Source of the DNA: Selaginella moellendorffii
Lineage: Eukaryota; Plantae; Lycopodiophyta
Reading direction: 5' to 3'
Length of the DNA: 64,000 bases
NCBI RefSeq assembly: GCF_000143415.4
Contig: NW_003314293.1
Location: 124,001-188,000 of the forward strand
The notes under the pieces are model-generated. The model made no database searches, was not told the DNA's origin, and saw only the letters and a list, made by a program, of their open reading frames with translations. Positions 10,569 to 24,723 of the stretch are shown one piece after another. A program made the translations under genes and the position numbers. Within the stretch, counting starts at the first letter, position 1, and every line of letters begins with the position of its first letter.

Positions 10569-11187
10569 TAAACCCCCCAGGGTCTGGGAGACGAACGCTT
10601 TGGGCTTTCACCCTCTCAGACTCGAACTCGGACTTGGACTCGGACTTGGACTTGGACTCGGACTCGGGCTCGGTCTCAGGCTTGGTCCCGGTCCCGGTCC
10701 CGGTCCCAGTCTCGATCTCGGTCTCAGTCTTGGTCTTGGTCTCGGTTCCGGTCTTGGTCTCGACCTCGGACTCCATCTCGGGTCCTTCTCGGACTCCATC
10801 TTGGACTCCGTCTCGGTCCATCTCGGACTCTATCTCGGACCCCATCTCGGGTCCATCTCGGACTCCATCTCGGACTCCATCTCGGTCCATCTCGGACTCC
10901 ATCTCGGACTCCGTCTCGGTCCATCTCGGACTCCATCTTGGACTCCGTCTCAGTCCATCTTGGACTCCATCTCAGACTCCAACTCGGGTCCCTTTTTGGA
11001 GCCTTGCTTATTGCTCGCTTCATGCTCGTTCCTTGAGCATTTTGTTGGGAGTTCCACTCCCACTCTCGACCTTTCAAGTCGGAGCCTTTTAGTCCAAACA
11101 TGTTACGTTCGTTTGGCTTTTGCTTCGGCCACTACCACGTGGCACCCTTTCGGCTCCACTTTGGGGCTTAGGGATTTGTGTCTCACA
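10569..11187 (-). mobile_element. Partial family-A LTR interrupted by the DNA transposon
   Basis: Homologous to the reverse-oriented LTR starting TGTGAGATAC at 14965. Ends ...TGTCTCACA at 11187. Confidence 0.75.
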
Positions 11188-12370
11188 CACTACACCATAG
11201 AGTTTACTTACAACTTTGTGTCAAAGTTGTTTTCTTCTGGGAACACCTTCCCCACAACTTTAGTATAGCACATTCCGCCATCGATGAGATACTCACTATT
11301 CTCATACTTGGATCCTATGATCCTCCCTAACCTTGGTGGGGCACAACACACCTCAGTCTAAATGCTTACTTATCTATGCCCCAGACTACTTGTCCATGTG
11401 ATGAGAATACCAACTCATCTTCTAAGTACACCCCTAACTTTTTGGGTTGTTCTAGCATTTATCAAGTGTAGCCTCGATTACCATTTCAAGGACTTGTGTC
11501 CTCTTCTGTATTTGACCTTCCACAGTCATTAATTTTAGTCTCAAATTCATGAGCACCAACCTCAACTATATGAGGATAATCTTGTGACTTCTTTATTATT
11601 TTGGAGTTTTTATTTTTTCTGTGATCCCAATTATAATTGTTTACCACAGCTATATTAACCAGTTTGTTGAGTCAAACGTTCATCTAGATCATATCCTCAA
11701 CTCTTTGAGGAAAACCTTATACTGTTCCCAAGATCCCGAAGTCGTTCCATTATTGGTCCTTTTCTATCCACCATCTCACGTACTAGTTCACACGTAAACT
11801 GTAGTGGAGAGCTATGTCTTCTCGACTTGCTACTCCTCACAAATAGGCCCACTTCTAGGACCTTCCGATGCCAACACTAGTGGTGATATACTTGAGCACT
11901 AATAAAAGTTGGACTAAAGAACAGCTCTGATACCAAATTGTAAGTGACTAATTTTTCCATCTTACTTTAGTCACTTAACCACACCTTCGACCACTTGGAG
12001 GAGTCTCATTCACAACCTCCTTTTAATCTGATTTAGGACTTGGGACTTGCTAGCCCTGGGAATGGCATCCATGCCACTCATCTTTTGCACTTGGTCCAAG
12101 TGCTCCACATGTCTAGTCCCAAGACCGACACCCCAAGGTACCACCGACATACCAGCCCATTACGCTAAGGCCATGCCCATTCACCTTGGTACCCCCGGTG
12201 GTCCAGCACCACCTGCATCGCAGTCCCGTCTCTCAACGATTGGGCCATCCATCCAGGAGTGACCATCCAAGATCCATTCCTTAGCATCCTTAAGATGCCC
12301 GCAGACAAGGGGAGCCACCTTCCCCAAAATCCCTTTTATAGTCCCCACCAAGTCCCTTTTTTGTCCATGC
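11188..12370 (-). mobile_element. Degenerate family-A internal region, PBS and partial LTR (TGTAAG at 11939)
   Basis: GCTCTGATACCA PBS just before the LTR. 11188-12370 is homologous to 16618-18000. Confidence 0.75.
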
Positions 12371-14964
12371 ACCAACAATAAGTTATAGGACTTGATAATT
12401 ATAAAGCAAGTAAGCAAAATGTGCAAAATAATTGATTGGATCAGTAGAAGTTAATTACCCAAGACTTCTTATTAAGATAAAGGGGATAAATTGTTTATGT
12501 TGAGATATAGTAAGTCAATATTATAAAGGAAAATGCTTATTGCCAAGGAAAGCCATCATTGGGACATCAAAATGCTCTAAAACAATAGAGAGTGGTGTTT
12601 GGAATTATAAAAGCATTAGATAAGGCACAAGGGACTAAGTCCCTAGTAAATAATGGATAGAAAGTGCTATCTAACGTCCAAGATTGCGAGACGGGAGAAG
12701 TCTATCTATCCAAATTAAATAGAGCCAAAAAGGGATTTAGGCATGGCTAGCAATGGGCATAAAGAGGCCCATGCATAGCGACATTAATCCTAGTGTGTAT
12801 AATTAAAAGGTGAGCATATTCAAATTGAAAAACCACTCCCTAAATTATTGAGTAGGTTCATCTTTAAGAATACTTACTAATGCATAGTAGAAAGTGCAAA
12901 ACTACCCTCTCAGATGGGAGGAGAATAATTAAAAAGAAGGTGTAAGGCCAAAAAGCAAATAGTAAAAGGATAAAACCAAACTACAGAAATTGAAGGGCAT
13001 AACCAAAGATAATTATGCAAGTTGGGAGTGGAGAATCAAGTAGGTGTTCGAACGCATTTTTATTATTAGCAACTGTGATGCCATTGAGAGTCTAAAGTAT
13101 GGAATTGTTTATGTTAGACCATATAGCAATTAAAAAGCTTGCGAAAGGAGAGGCCTTAACAAACTAATGGACAAAGTCCCTTCAAGATTCCCAAAGACAA
13201 TTCTAGGTAGATTAATACCTAGAAAAACAAGTGTAAAACGTTTATAGAATATGCAAAATCAAAGTGGCACTTACCATAAGGCAAGGCTATCAAGGTTGGG
13301 AAAGTTGTCCTTGAGTGTTTAAAGAGATAACTTTGAATGAAAGTTGATAGTTAAGGACTTTCATGCTTATGCATGAAACCATGTTATGCTAATCAAGTGA
13401 CTTGCTAAGTGAGATTGGCAATTCGGAGGGAACAAAGACTCTAGTTAAAGGTGTTGACTTAAAAAACGAGTGGCTCATAGGGTTAAACATAGAGGAGTCC
13501 ATGCATAATCATAGACTTGTTAAGTGAAAGGACTTAGCAGTGTAGAAGAACTAAGTTCCTAAACTATGATCCATAACGTGCTTTAAGTATAAATTGGTGC
13601 ACTGACGTGGGGAGTCATGTCAGGCATTTTGGGTGATGCTGCTCATAGATGCATATATAGAAGTTAGGTTCGAGTCCCAACCCTCTAGTGTTTAGGTTTA
13701 AGTCTCAACTCACTAGGGCATGATGATGGTTTGGAATATAAGGACACTCATTTTTCGGTGGTCATGGACTCTCAATAAGGAGACTAACTTGAGTGAGGGA
13801 TGCCCCAAGGTTGCGATGCACAGTTAGATTGTTTAGTGTGAAAGCTCAGCATATCTAACTTAAACACTTAGGTGCAAGTAGCATCAAAGACGTGGTGAAT
13901 AAGATGGGGATACTCAATTTCAGTTGCTATGGACCTTTGGTCAGAGGGTTAATTTGGGCACACTACCAAGTGTGGGGGATGCCCCTAGGGTCATGGTCAA
14001 CAATTTAAAAGTTTAGAAGACTTAATACCTAAGGAATAAAGTTCTTAATTCAAAGTGTTGATTTAAACTATTGATAATAGTGTGGCTTGGTCAAGGTGAC
14101 CAAATGGGAAGAACACTTAAGGGAAATGAACTACAACAATACAATGGTATTGTGAGTTCAAAAAAATAGTCTCTAAGAAAGGACCTATAAGTGAGTTGCA
14201 AGATTGAGTTATGGATAGAGCCTAGAGTAGAAAACATTGGGGAGACTTACTAGGGCTGTACACCCCCTAGACTTGGCAAAGCAAAGCTTTTGCTATGGAA
14301 CCAAAATAATACCTTGAGCATGGTGGTAATGATCTTGTGTTGCTTTGTGCAACAATCAAAGGATAGGAGCAAAAGACTGGTGGCCAAGTTTGGGCTATAG
14401 GAATCATTGGAAGAAATCCAAACAACAAAGTTGAGCAAGGAACACTTATATATTGAATGCTCATGGATTGTGGGAAAGAAAATATGTTTTCAAAGATGGA
14501 TTCCCAAATGCTCTAATTTGGCAAAAGTGAAAGCTTCAAGGGAGGGAATGGTAAGGTAGCCAAATGATAAAGCCGTGAACAGCACAATGGAAAATAGAAC
14601 TTAATGCTTAAAGTGGTAAAAAATAAGAGAGAGGATGATGGTGCCCTCAAGTAAAAAACGTCCTAAGATAGGGAAATAGAGTTTGCATAACATGTGCAAT
14701 ACAAGATGTTGGAGACACCTAGGAAATTGACTTTGAGAAGTCAAAATTAAAAGTTCCAAAGTGCGATAGTTATGTTGGTAGAGGTTGAATGAGTAGTTAA
14801 ATTGAAATAGAGAGGGTGTCTCTAACAAGTTTAACATGAACTAAATGAGTAAAAGGGGAAGGACCACTATTAGTGGTCTAATGAGTCTCTAAGTTGGAGG
14901 GACTATACTCCTTAGAGGATGGACAAGGCATGGTAAACCTTAAGTGCCAAACCATTGATGAATA
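12371..14964 (+). pseudogene. Highly decayed Ty3/gypsy pol-like remnant
   Basis: AT-rich with no ORF. Traces of RT-like motifs (DYRALNK-like at ~12600, DLRxGYxQ-like at ~12735). Confidence 0.45.
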
Positions 14965-16330
14965 TGTGAGATACAAATCCCTAAGCCCCAAAGTGGAGCC
15001 GAAAGGGTGCCACGTGGTAGTGGCCGAAGTGAATGCCAAACGAGCGTAACACGTTTAGACTAAAAGCTCCAACTTGAAAAGTCAAAAGCGAGAGTGAAAA
15101 TCCCAATGAAATGCTCAAGGAATAAGCACAAAGCGAGCAATAAGTGAGTCTTTAGAAAAGGGACATAAGAGGACTAACACATGACACGAGATGAAGTCCA
15201 AGATGGACCCAAGATGGAGTCCGAAATGGAGTCCAAGATGGACCCAAGATGGAGTCCGAGATGGACCCGAGATGGAGTCCAAGATGAAGTCTAAGATGGA
15301 CCCAAGATGGAGTCCGAGATGGACCCGAGATGGAGTTCAAGATGGAGTCCGAGATGGACCCGAGATGGACCCGAAATGGAGTCTGAAATGGAGTCCGAGA
15401 TAGAGTCCAAGATGGACCCGAGATGGAGTCCGAGATGGACCCAAGATGGAGTCTGAGATGGACCCAAGATGGACTTGAGATGGAGTCCGAGATGGACTCA
15501 AGATGGAGTCCGAGATGGAGTTTGAGATGGACCCGAGATGGAGTCCGAGATGGACCCGAGATAGAGTCCGAGATGGACCCGAGATGGAGTCCAAGAAGGA
15601 CCCAAGATGGAATCTGAGATGGAGTCTGAGAAGGACCCGAAGTTGAGACCGAGACCGAGACCGAGACTGGGATTGGGACCGAGACCGAGACCGGGACCGA
15701 GACCGAGATCAAGACCGAGACCGAGACCGAGACCGAGCCCAAGCCCGAGTCCAAGTCTGAGTCTGAGTCCGAGTCCGAGTCTGAGAAGGTGAAAGCCCAA
15801 AGCATTCATCTCCCAGACCCTGGGGGGTTTAGTGAGCTTCAAAAGTATAATAAGCGGGAGGACTCCAATGGAGCCAGTTTGGCCAGGAAAGGCCAGTTTG
15901 GCCCAGGAAAGCTGTACCCAAGTGTTGGGTGATAGGATAACCACTAGGAGGTCCAAGGCTAAAGTGAATATGGACTATCAAGCAGGATAGCTTGGTGAAG
16001 TGTTCAAGAGTCGGCTCTAGTTCCTCCAGGAGATCGAGTGGTCGATGCTCCCAATTCAGGTGTGGGTGGCACTACCTACTTGGATACCTGGCATGGCTTA
16101 ATGAAACCTTGCTCTAAGCCCATGGCTAGAGCACCCAAAGGCAGAAAGAGGGGAGAGTACCCACGAGGCTCGCATAAGGCAACGGTGTTCCGAAATGTTG
16201 TCCCAATGTCCCAGACTGTAGAATGGAAGAGGAGTAGTCCTCTAGTGTGGTGACCAAGGATACGGTTATGTTATGAGAAAGTCCCAGAGGACAGTGAGAC
16301 TTAGTGGTCAGGTCTATGGGCCGTGTCCCA
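14965..16330 (+). mobile_element. Family-A LTR, truncated, opposite orientation
   Basis: TG start, GAGATGGAGTCC repeat array and the GGTGAAAGCCCAAAGC core motif. Confidence 0.7.
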
Positions 16331-18903
16331 GTGGAAGAGTAGGCAAACTTGGCCTTCTACATCTCCATCATTATTTGGGTCACCACATTCTAACCACATG
16401 CCTTCCAATTTAAACTATGCCATTCTCATTTCCATTGGGATTATTTTGGTAAAAGGTTCTTATGAACCCGCCAACTTGACCTCAAAGCATTACACTTTGG
16501 CACATTTGGTGTTTTCACACCATTGGCATCACAAACCTACTTTTATGACACTTCCCACTTGTGTTTAGGTCTTTGCCAAAACCATCAGAATTGTTTCTCA
16601 TACCAACTATCCATTAGCACTACACTATAGTGTTTACACACAACTTTGAGCCAAAATTATTTTCTTTTGAGAACACCTTTTCTACAACTTTAGTATGGTA
16701 TCTTTTGCTATTAATGAGATACACATTGTTCCCATACTTGGATTTTATGATCTTCCCCATCCCTCGTAAGGTACAACACACCTTAGTCCAAATGCTTTCA
16801 CCAATTCTTTATGACCATTCCTTGACTCCACTTGAGTTATCCAACTTTTTAGACTTTGCTGATTTTAATAACCCTTGAGGTCTTACTTTTGAGGTGCCAG
16901 CTTGCTAGAATATAACTTATTATATTCATATCTTATTCATAACGACTATCTTTGCAAGTGTTACTCTAATACTTGATTATTTTCCATTCTCTATAGGTTA
17001 CCTTTGCCCCTTAGGACTATCTATCCATATGATGAGAATACCAACTCATCCTCTAAGTACCCTTCCAACTCTTTGGGTTTGTTCCAATATTTATAAAAGG
17101 TAGCCCCAGCTACCATTTCAAGGATTTGTGTCCTCATCTGTATTTGACTTCCCACGATCATTAATTTAGGTCTCAAATTCATGAGCACCAACCTCAACTA
17201 TATAAGTATAATCTTGTAACTCCTTTATTGTTTTAGAGTCTCTATCTTTCCCATGATCCCAACTGTAATTGTTTACCATAACTATATTAGCTAGTTCGCT
17301 AAGTCAAATGCTCATCTAGATCATATATCCTCAACTCTCTAAGGGAAACCTTATATTATTCTAAAGATCCCAAAGTCATTCCCTTATTGGCCATTTTCTA
17401 TCCACCATATTGCCTACAAGTTCACATCTAAACTATAGTAGAGAGCCATGTCCTCCCAACCTGCTACTCAAGGATATGCCCACTCCTAGGACCTTCCGAT
17501 GCCAACACAAGTGGTGGTATACTTTACCTCCAATAAAAGTTAGAATAAGGAATAACTCCAATACCAAATTGTAAGCGACTAAATTTTCCATTCTACTTTA
17601 GTCACTTAACCACACCTCCAACCACTTAGAGGAGTCTCACTCACAACCTCCATAAGTTCTATTCTGGACTTGGGGCTTGCTAGCCCTGAAAATGGCATCT
17701 ATGCCACTTAACCTTTGCACTTGGTTCAAATGCTCTTTGTGTCTGATCCCATAATTTACACCCAAAGGTACCACCGACATATTACCCCATTACACTAAGA
17801 CCATACCCATTCACCTTTATCACACTAGTGTTCCAACACCACCTACATCACAGTCTTGTCTCTCAAAGACTAAGCCATCTATCCATGAGTAATCATCCCA
17901 GATCCACTTTTTAGCATCCTTAGAATGTCTACAGACATGAGGAATAGCCTTCCTCAATATCCCTTTTTGGTCCCCATCAAGACCCTTTCTGTCCATGGCC
18001 ATGTTCGCTAATATTGCCATTGAATCAAGTCCCACAAGCCTAACCATTAAATCCCACTGTCCTCTGGTACTTCCTCACCATGTGATTGCATCCTTGGTCA
18101 CTACATTAGAGGATTGCTCCTCTTCCTTTCCACAGTCTAAGACTTTAGGACAACATTTCAGAACACTGAGGCCCTATGTGAGCCTCATGGGTACTCTCCC
18201 CACCTTCTGCCTTTAGGTGCTCTAGCCATGGGGCTAAAGCGAGGTTCCATTGAACTACACTAGGTATCCAAGTAGGTAGTGCCACCCACGTTTGGATTGG
18301 GAGCATCAACCATTTAATCTCTTGGGGGAGTTAGAGTTGACTCTTGAACACTTCACCAAATTACCCCACTTATCTATCTATATTCACTTTAGCTTTGGAC
18401 TCCTCAGTGGATATATCATCACCCAACACATGGGCATAGCTTTTCTGGGTCACACTAGCCGTTTCTGGCCAAACTGACTCCACTGGGGTCCAACCCCCAC
18501 ACTCTCCCTATTATACTTCTGTAGCCCCCCCCCCTATGACCTCGGTCTCGGATTTGGACTCGATCTCAGTCTTAGATTCGGTTTTGGTCTCGGTCTCAGT
18601 CTCGTTTCCATCTCAGACTCCATTTCAGATCCATCTCGAACTCCATCTTGGGTCCATCTCAAACTCCATCTCAGACTCCATCTTGGGTCCATCTCAAATC
18701 CATCTCAGACTCTATCTCGGACTCCATCTCGAGTCCATCTCGGGTCCATCTTGGCACTTCTACGCGTCATGTGTTGATCTTCTTATGTCCCTTTTCTAGA
18801 GACTCACTTATTGCTTGCATTGAGCTCATTCCTTGAGCCCTTAGTTGGGAGTTCCACTCCTACTCTCGATTTTTCAAGTTGGAGCTTTTAATCCAAACGT
18901 GTT

Positions 18904-21900
18904 TATCAGGAATGTGACTTCGGGTATCAAAAGATACTTGTCGGTCAGTCCTTACGAACACTCTTTCCTTACTACCATAACAGTAGGAGGTTGATACTGT
19001 TGGTTCCCTTCAGTAGCCCTTCTTGTCCAAGTGTTAGATTACTGGGCTTAGCATCTGTATTTAGTCAGATGAACATAAGGTAGAATCTCTTATGCATTTC
19101 TAACTAAGCATTCTCAAACTGGCTCTTAGTTCTCTTTTGCTCTGTTTTGCACTGGTTTGGCAAGAACCTTCACATATTGAGACTAGTCCCTCAATAATGC
19201 TGGATGATATCTTTATCTTTCGATAAAGATAGTATTGATAGTTTGGTTGTAGCTTTATGTTATTGGTATTTATACAGTTGCTAATTAGTAATTGTATTAA
19301 TGTTCAAATGAACTAAGTGGCAAGTTAAGTTAGTTGTGTTCTAGATAAGATTGCTTAGTAGGGGTTGAGTTTTAACTTTTCTTTGAAAGATGATTCAGTC
19401 GTGGACTATGCTAGCTTTACCAGGGGAAGAGTTAGTGATCAATATTGGAATGTTTGAATCCTTATTGGATTTGAGTTGGGATATATTGATCATTAATAAT
19501 TCTTCTTGTGCTTGTTATGAAGTGAGTTACGTTTTGCTATAAATGAATTCATGGAGGATTGATTAAATGATCACTTATTGAGCATAACTTCGTTGTGCTT
19601 TGCTTTTGGATTGATACAAATATACTCTTCATTAACTTTAGCATTATAAAGTTTAACTTATGGATGTGTTGAAGAGGATATTAATAGTTATACTATAATT
19701 TCTTCTTTAACATTGAAGTTAGTTCATGTGAAATTTATGATCATTATTAGGCAAGACTTGGCTATAGACTTCTTCAAGCTTTTGATTCCTTGAATTTTCA
19801 TGTTCATTGCTCCATTTGTTAGAAGTTGTTATGGAAGGCATTTTAACTCCATAACTTCGATGTTAAAGTTAGTATTTGCATCTAGCAATCATTGGTGATG
19901 ATTGACTATCATCTAGGATAATTGATTATTCTTGCCAAAAAGTTTTGCTTGATTATTATTGATATAGAATGATTTGTTATTCTTCGGAATGGTGGATTCT
20001 TTCTTCGATGATGATTATGCATTTATTCATTGATGGGATAATTGATGATCTTTCATGATAATTAGTTATTCTCTTTGATTGTTTTTGGCTTTTTGCATTA
20101 CTACATATTCTTTATGGTTTACTCTAGATGAGATATCAGTAGGATGTTGCTAATACTTACTTTGATTCCTTCGTATTATTGACTAGGATCTATTTAGATT
20201 GGATAGTGCAATAGTTAACATGAATGAGTGTTTGTTGATCTTACCGCATTCATTCTATTCTATTAATTGTTGCTTGAGTTAGTTCTGATAGATTGGATAT
20301 TATTTCTTTCGGGTCATACATTTGCGAACATTTTGCTTGCTAGTCAATGATATTTTGTATTCTTTGAGTTGTCTTTCCTAAATTGTTTAGCATGCTATCT
20401 ATAATCTTTGGTAGTTAAGTTTTATCATTGAGTTTTCTTGATGATACACTGGCTATTAAATTTTGTTGAATAGTAATACCTTGTTTTCCAACTATAGTGA
20501 TTTTGGTGGTTCCTGTACTCTAATACTCATTTATCGGATGATAACTTACTTGGAATACTTTCGTGTTCTAAACTAAGCTTTATTCACTGATAATTAAGTC
20601 TCTAAAATATCATTGTTTATAACTTTAATATTGTCCATCTATTGATCTTTGAGTTTAGGCCAATATAGGAAGACTAGCTTTGGCACTTTGTATGCATAGT
20701 GAAATCTTTAGTTATAGGGTAGTTACTATCGACTGGTCACATCATCTGCCTCTCTGTCGATGTTTTTTATTCTGTTAAAAGGGCGTGATTGTGTAAACAA
20801 CTTTAACTACCTATTTATAATAGTTTATTTAAACCTTACCAACAGGTTTAATTTCTTTGTTCATGAGGGTTGGGGCCTCTGGCTTCTCTCTCTATATCCT
20901 TGTGGGTAGAGGCGTAAGGGGGGGGGAGGGGGGGGGGGGGGGGGTGNNNNNNNNNNNNNNNNNNNNNNNNNNNNNNNNNNNNNNNNNNNNNNNNNNNNNN
21001 NNNNNNNNNNNNNNNNNNNNNNNNNNNNNNNNNNNNNNNNNNNNNNNNNNNNNNNNNNNNNNNNNNNNNNNNNNNNNNNNNNNNNNNNNNNNNNNNNNNN
21101 NNNNNNNNNNNNNNNNNNNNNNNNNNNNNNNNNNNNNNNNNNNNNNNNNNNNNNNNNNNNNNNNNNNNNNNNNNNNNNNNNNNNNNNNNNNNNNNNNNNN
21201 NNNNNNNNNNNNNNNNNNNNNNNNNNNNNNNNNNNNNNNNNNNNNNNNNNNNNNNNNNNNGCGCTAAAGGCTTAGCTCGATTTTTATGAATGGCAAGTAG
21301 GAATAGTGGGTAAGTCAAGTATGGCTGACCAACCTAAAGCATAGTTTAACTCCCGTTTGCGTGCTTATCTTTGTTCTGCGTCCGATTTGGGTCTAAGCCC
21401 ACATTGTACACCATGTTAGCTGGTGGAGTACCATATCCTCATGTTAGGCTACCAGTATGCTGAAATAATACCAGACTCTATTTGGCTTCGTTTTGCATGC
21501 TAGTCTTGGCATTGGGATATTGAATGCTCTAGGACTGTTCTAAGTTGCTCTGCGCTCCTATCCTTTCACTCCTTGGGTTGTACATTTGGGAGTCATTCCA
21601 TGATCCAGTGCCATTTGTCGCGAATGTGACTTCGGGTATCAAAAGTTACCTGTCGACCAGTCCTTACGGACACTCTTACCTTACTGCCACGATGGCAGGA
21701 GGTCGGTATTGCTGGTTCCCTTTATTAGCCCCTCTTGTCCAAGTGTTAGCTTACTGGGCTTAGCATCTGTACTTAGCCAGATGAACATAAGGTAGGAACT
21801 CCTATGTGTTTCTAGCTGAGCATTCTCGGCCTGGCTCTTAGTTCTCTTTTGCTCTGTCTTGCACTGGCTTGGCAAGAACTCTCGCGTATTGAGATTAATC

Positions 21901-23026
21901 CCTCAATATCGCTGGATGATAGCTTACCGTGTCTGCCAAACACCCTCGCTATCATGCCCTTTGTGTTAGTCTCATTTCGGTCCCAAATGCTATTTATGGA
22001 AAGTGTCCAGATTTGCTCATTTGGCATATCTACGGAATGTAAAGATCGGCCTGAACACAATGGTGTTCGTCCCGTGTCCAAATTCACAATCTAAGGACAT
22101 TCCATATTTAGTAAGTTTTGAGCTTGTCCCAGAGACTAACTCCAGATACTAAGGGAGGCTTGGGGTGAAAGCCCAAAGCGTGTGTTCCTCAAGGGGGGGG
22201 GCTATGGGGGGTTCCAAATGTATAGTAGGGATAGTGGGTAGGTCAGGCATGGCCGACCAACCTGAGGCATAGTCTAGCTCCCGCTTGCGTGCCTGTCCTT
22301 GTTCTGCGTCCGGCTTGGGTCTAAGCCCAAGTTCCATTCCATGCTAGCTGGTGGAGTACCCATATCCTCACGTTAGGCCACCGGTATGCCGAAATAGCGC
22401 TAGACTCCGTTTGGCTCCGTTTTGCGTGCTGGTCCTGGCATTGGGATGTTGGTTGCTTCAGGATTGTTCCAAGTCGCTCCGGGCCCCTATCCCTTTGCTC
22501 CTTGGGCTTTATGCTCGGGAGTTACTCCGTGGTTCGATTCCATCACTCCTTGGCTCCATGCTTGGGAGTTTGGCACCGTTCGTTCGTTCAATGGCTCAAG
22601 GCCCTGAACCTCGGGTTCCTATGGACACGTGGCATGTGACACGTGGCATCTGTCACGTGGCACAAAGAGGGTTTAGGTTCCGCTTCGTGGTGTTATCCTA
22701 TGATAAATCACCATAGGATAAAGGGTGAAAACCACGTGCGCTACACATTGCTCCTTGGCTCCATACTTGGGAGTTTGGCACCATTCCTTTGTTCAGTGGC
22801 CCAAAGCTCTAAAACTCAGGTTCCATACCACTATCTTTTGGACACGTGGCATATGGTATGTGGCATGTGACACATGGCACATGAAGGGTTTAGATTTTGC
22901 TTCATGGTTATTCTATAATAAATCACCATAGGATAAAGGGTGGCACATGAAGGGTTTAGATTTCGCTTCATGGTTATTCTATAATAAATCACCATAGGAT
23001 AAAGGGTAAAAATCACGTGTGCTATA
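18904..23026 (+). mobile_element. Degenerate family-B LTR element (contains assembly gap 20947-21260)
   Basis: Termini are decayed TGTCGCGAATGTG... and ...CACGTGCGCTACA. Flanked by GTGTT (18899-18903) and ATGTT (23027-23031) as target duplication. The internal sequence is the reverse of 46200-48000. Confidence 0.75.
21616..22745 (+). mobile_element. Young family-B solo LTR nested in an older family-B LTR
   Basis: TGTCGCGAATG...GTGCGCTACA, flanked by CATT on both sides. Confidence 0.85.
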
Positions 23027-23770
23027 ATGTTATACTCATTTGGCTTCCACTTCGACCACTTCCATATAGCACTCTTTCGGGTCTACTTTTGGGGCTTTGG
23101 GATAATGGGTATGTGTCTATAACTCATTCTTAAATCTATTATACATCCATACATAAGAAAAATTAAATACCAAATATAATACCATTATGTGTTTGCAAGT
23201 AGTCCTGCCATATCAAAAGCAAGATCTTGCAGAAATATATGGCACTACTCTTGAAGCACTAGAGCTTCTCTAGTAACATGATCTAAAATTTCATATATAT
23301 AAGGAGCTCTAGTTCAACTTCACTAGAGCCCCCAATAGAGAGAGGATTATTATGTGAAGATGAAGGTGGACTGTTGGTAAAATTTAAGGATGGAGGTGGA
23401 GATTGATATGAAATGAGGGGAATAAGTACAAGTAACAATGACTTTCTTTCAAACCATTTCTATACAAACTTTCAAGGAGCTCAAGGAGAACAAGAAAACT
23501 ATAGTGACTATAACTTTTCTTGATAGTTTATATACTAAGTTTTAGTCTTGGGAATGAGGTTTATTTATTATAATACTGATAATACTCAAATTCATAAAAT
23601 GTTAATTTTGGAAATCATAATCATATTTTACTTATAAACATAAGAGCTTTTAAAATTCTAGATTATTGTGTATATACATGCTCTATTATTCTGATGAAAA
23701 CTTACTCCACTACACATACTACACTTATACCAATTTTCTAAAGTGGATACACTGCCTCTAGCAACGTGAG

Positions 23771-24484
23771 GAACCAGTCCCAAAGGTTGATAGGCAAACT
23801 CACATTTACCACATCAGTATCTTTTTAAAAATTTGATAGGGATATAATTGTTTCTAGTAAGAAGTTTGGGCTGCCTAAGCTTTTCCTTCTCCTTTGTCAG
23901 CTACCTCAAGGCATTCACAATCACCTTTCTTCCATTCTTTACTTGTCTATTATATTTGTTTTTCTTAAATAGGAGTAAAGATATGCCAGACACAATGTAA
24001 GGAGCATAAGCCAATAGGATGTAAGGATTCTAATGAAATGTTTTCACCTTTGCCCTTAAAATGGATTTGATATTATTTTTTCTTTTAATTTAAATGAGAG
24101 TTTAAATGGCTAGAGAGGTCATCATTTGCTACTTCTTGAATATACTTTGTAGGTATTTCTCCTACACCTTATGTCTGGAGTATCTTTGCTCCTATTTAAG
24201 AAAAATGTTTTTAGATAAATTTTGCAAGTTGTTCATGCAATTGCTTCTGAACTTCCCATTGCATCTAGTGCTTGCCTGCCACACACATGAGGAAAAACAA
24301 ATATAATAAACAAGCAAAGAATGGAAGAAAGGTGATTGTGAATGCCTTGAGGTAGTTGACAAAGGAGAAAGAAAAGCTTAGCGAGCCCAAACTTCTTAAA
24401 AGAAACAATTATATCCCTATCAAATTTTTAAAAAATACTGATGTAGTAAATATGAGTCTGCCCATTGACCTTTGGGAGTGGTTC
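23771..24484. repeat. Long imperfect inverted repeat (foldback / MULE-MITE-like)
   Basis: 23771-23966 is the reverse complement of 24290-24484, and 23961-24003 of 24158-24204. Confidence 0.85.
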
Positions 24485-24723
24485 ATGGCTTTCATGAAGT
24501 GGTTATGGAGCTCATGATGCTACTCTACCATGGGGGCATCCTTCAAGTTCATTCACATTCTTTCCTTCACAATCATAAATCAATGGCTATGGTTTCCAAT
24601 GGCATTTTGTGCTTAAATCTGACCCTTTTCTACTTCATTTCTTTGCATGCCGTTTTTACTATAACATTCTACTATCTTAAATTTTTTTAACAATGAATTT
24701 TGAAATAATTTTGAATATCAAAA

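Larger units (their letters stand above)
16340..23105 (-). mobile_element. Old family-A element (internal region plus LTR from 17570) split by a family-B insertion
   Basis: Degenerate PBS followed by TGTAAG at 17570. The LTR stops at 18903 and resumes at 23027. Confidence 0.7.

Noticed and set aside
10534-11268. Long ORFs of SDSISG/LGLHLG/RPRPR type (also 2593-2907, 15152-15956, 18536-18836)
   Set aside because: Artefacts of stop-free hexamer repeats in LTRs; open in several frames on both strands.
20848-21318. ORFs spanning N runs (also 48031-48580)
   Set aside because: Assembly gaps.
22149-22716. Recurrent ORFs MELGLRPKPD..., MEYPYP..., MRAGPGIG... (also 41-55 kb)
   Set aside because: They recur only because they lie in near-identical family-B LTRs and show no protein motifs.
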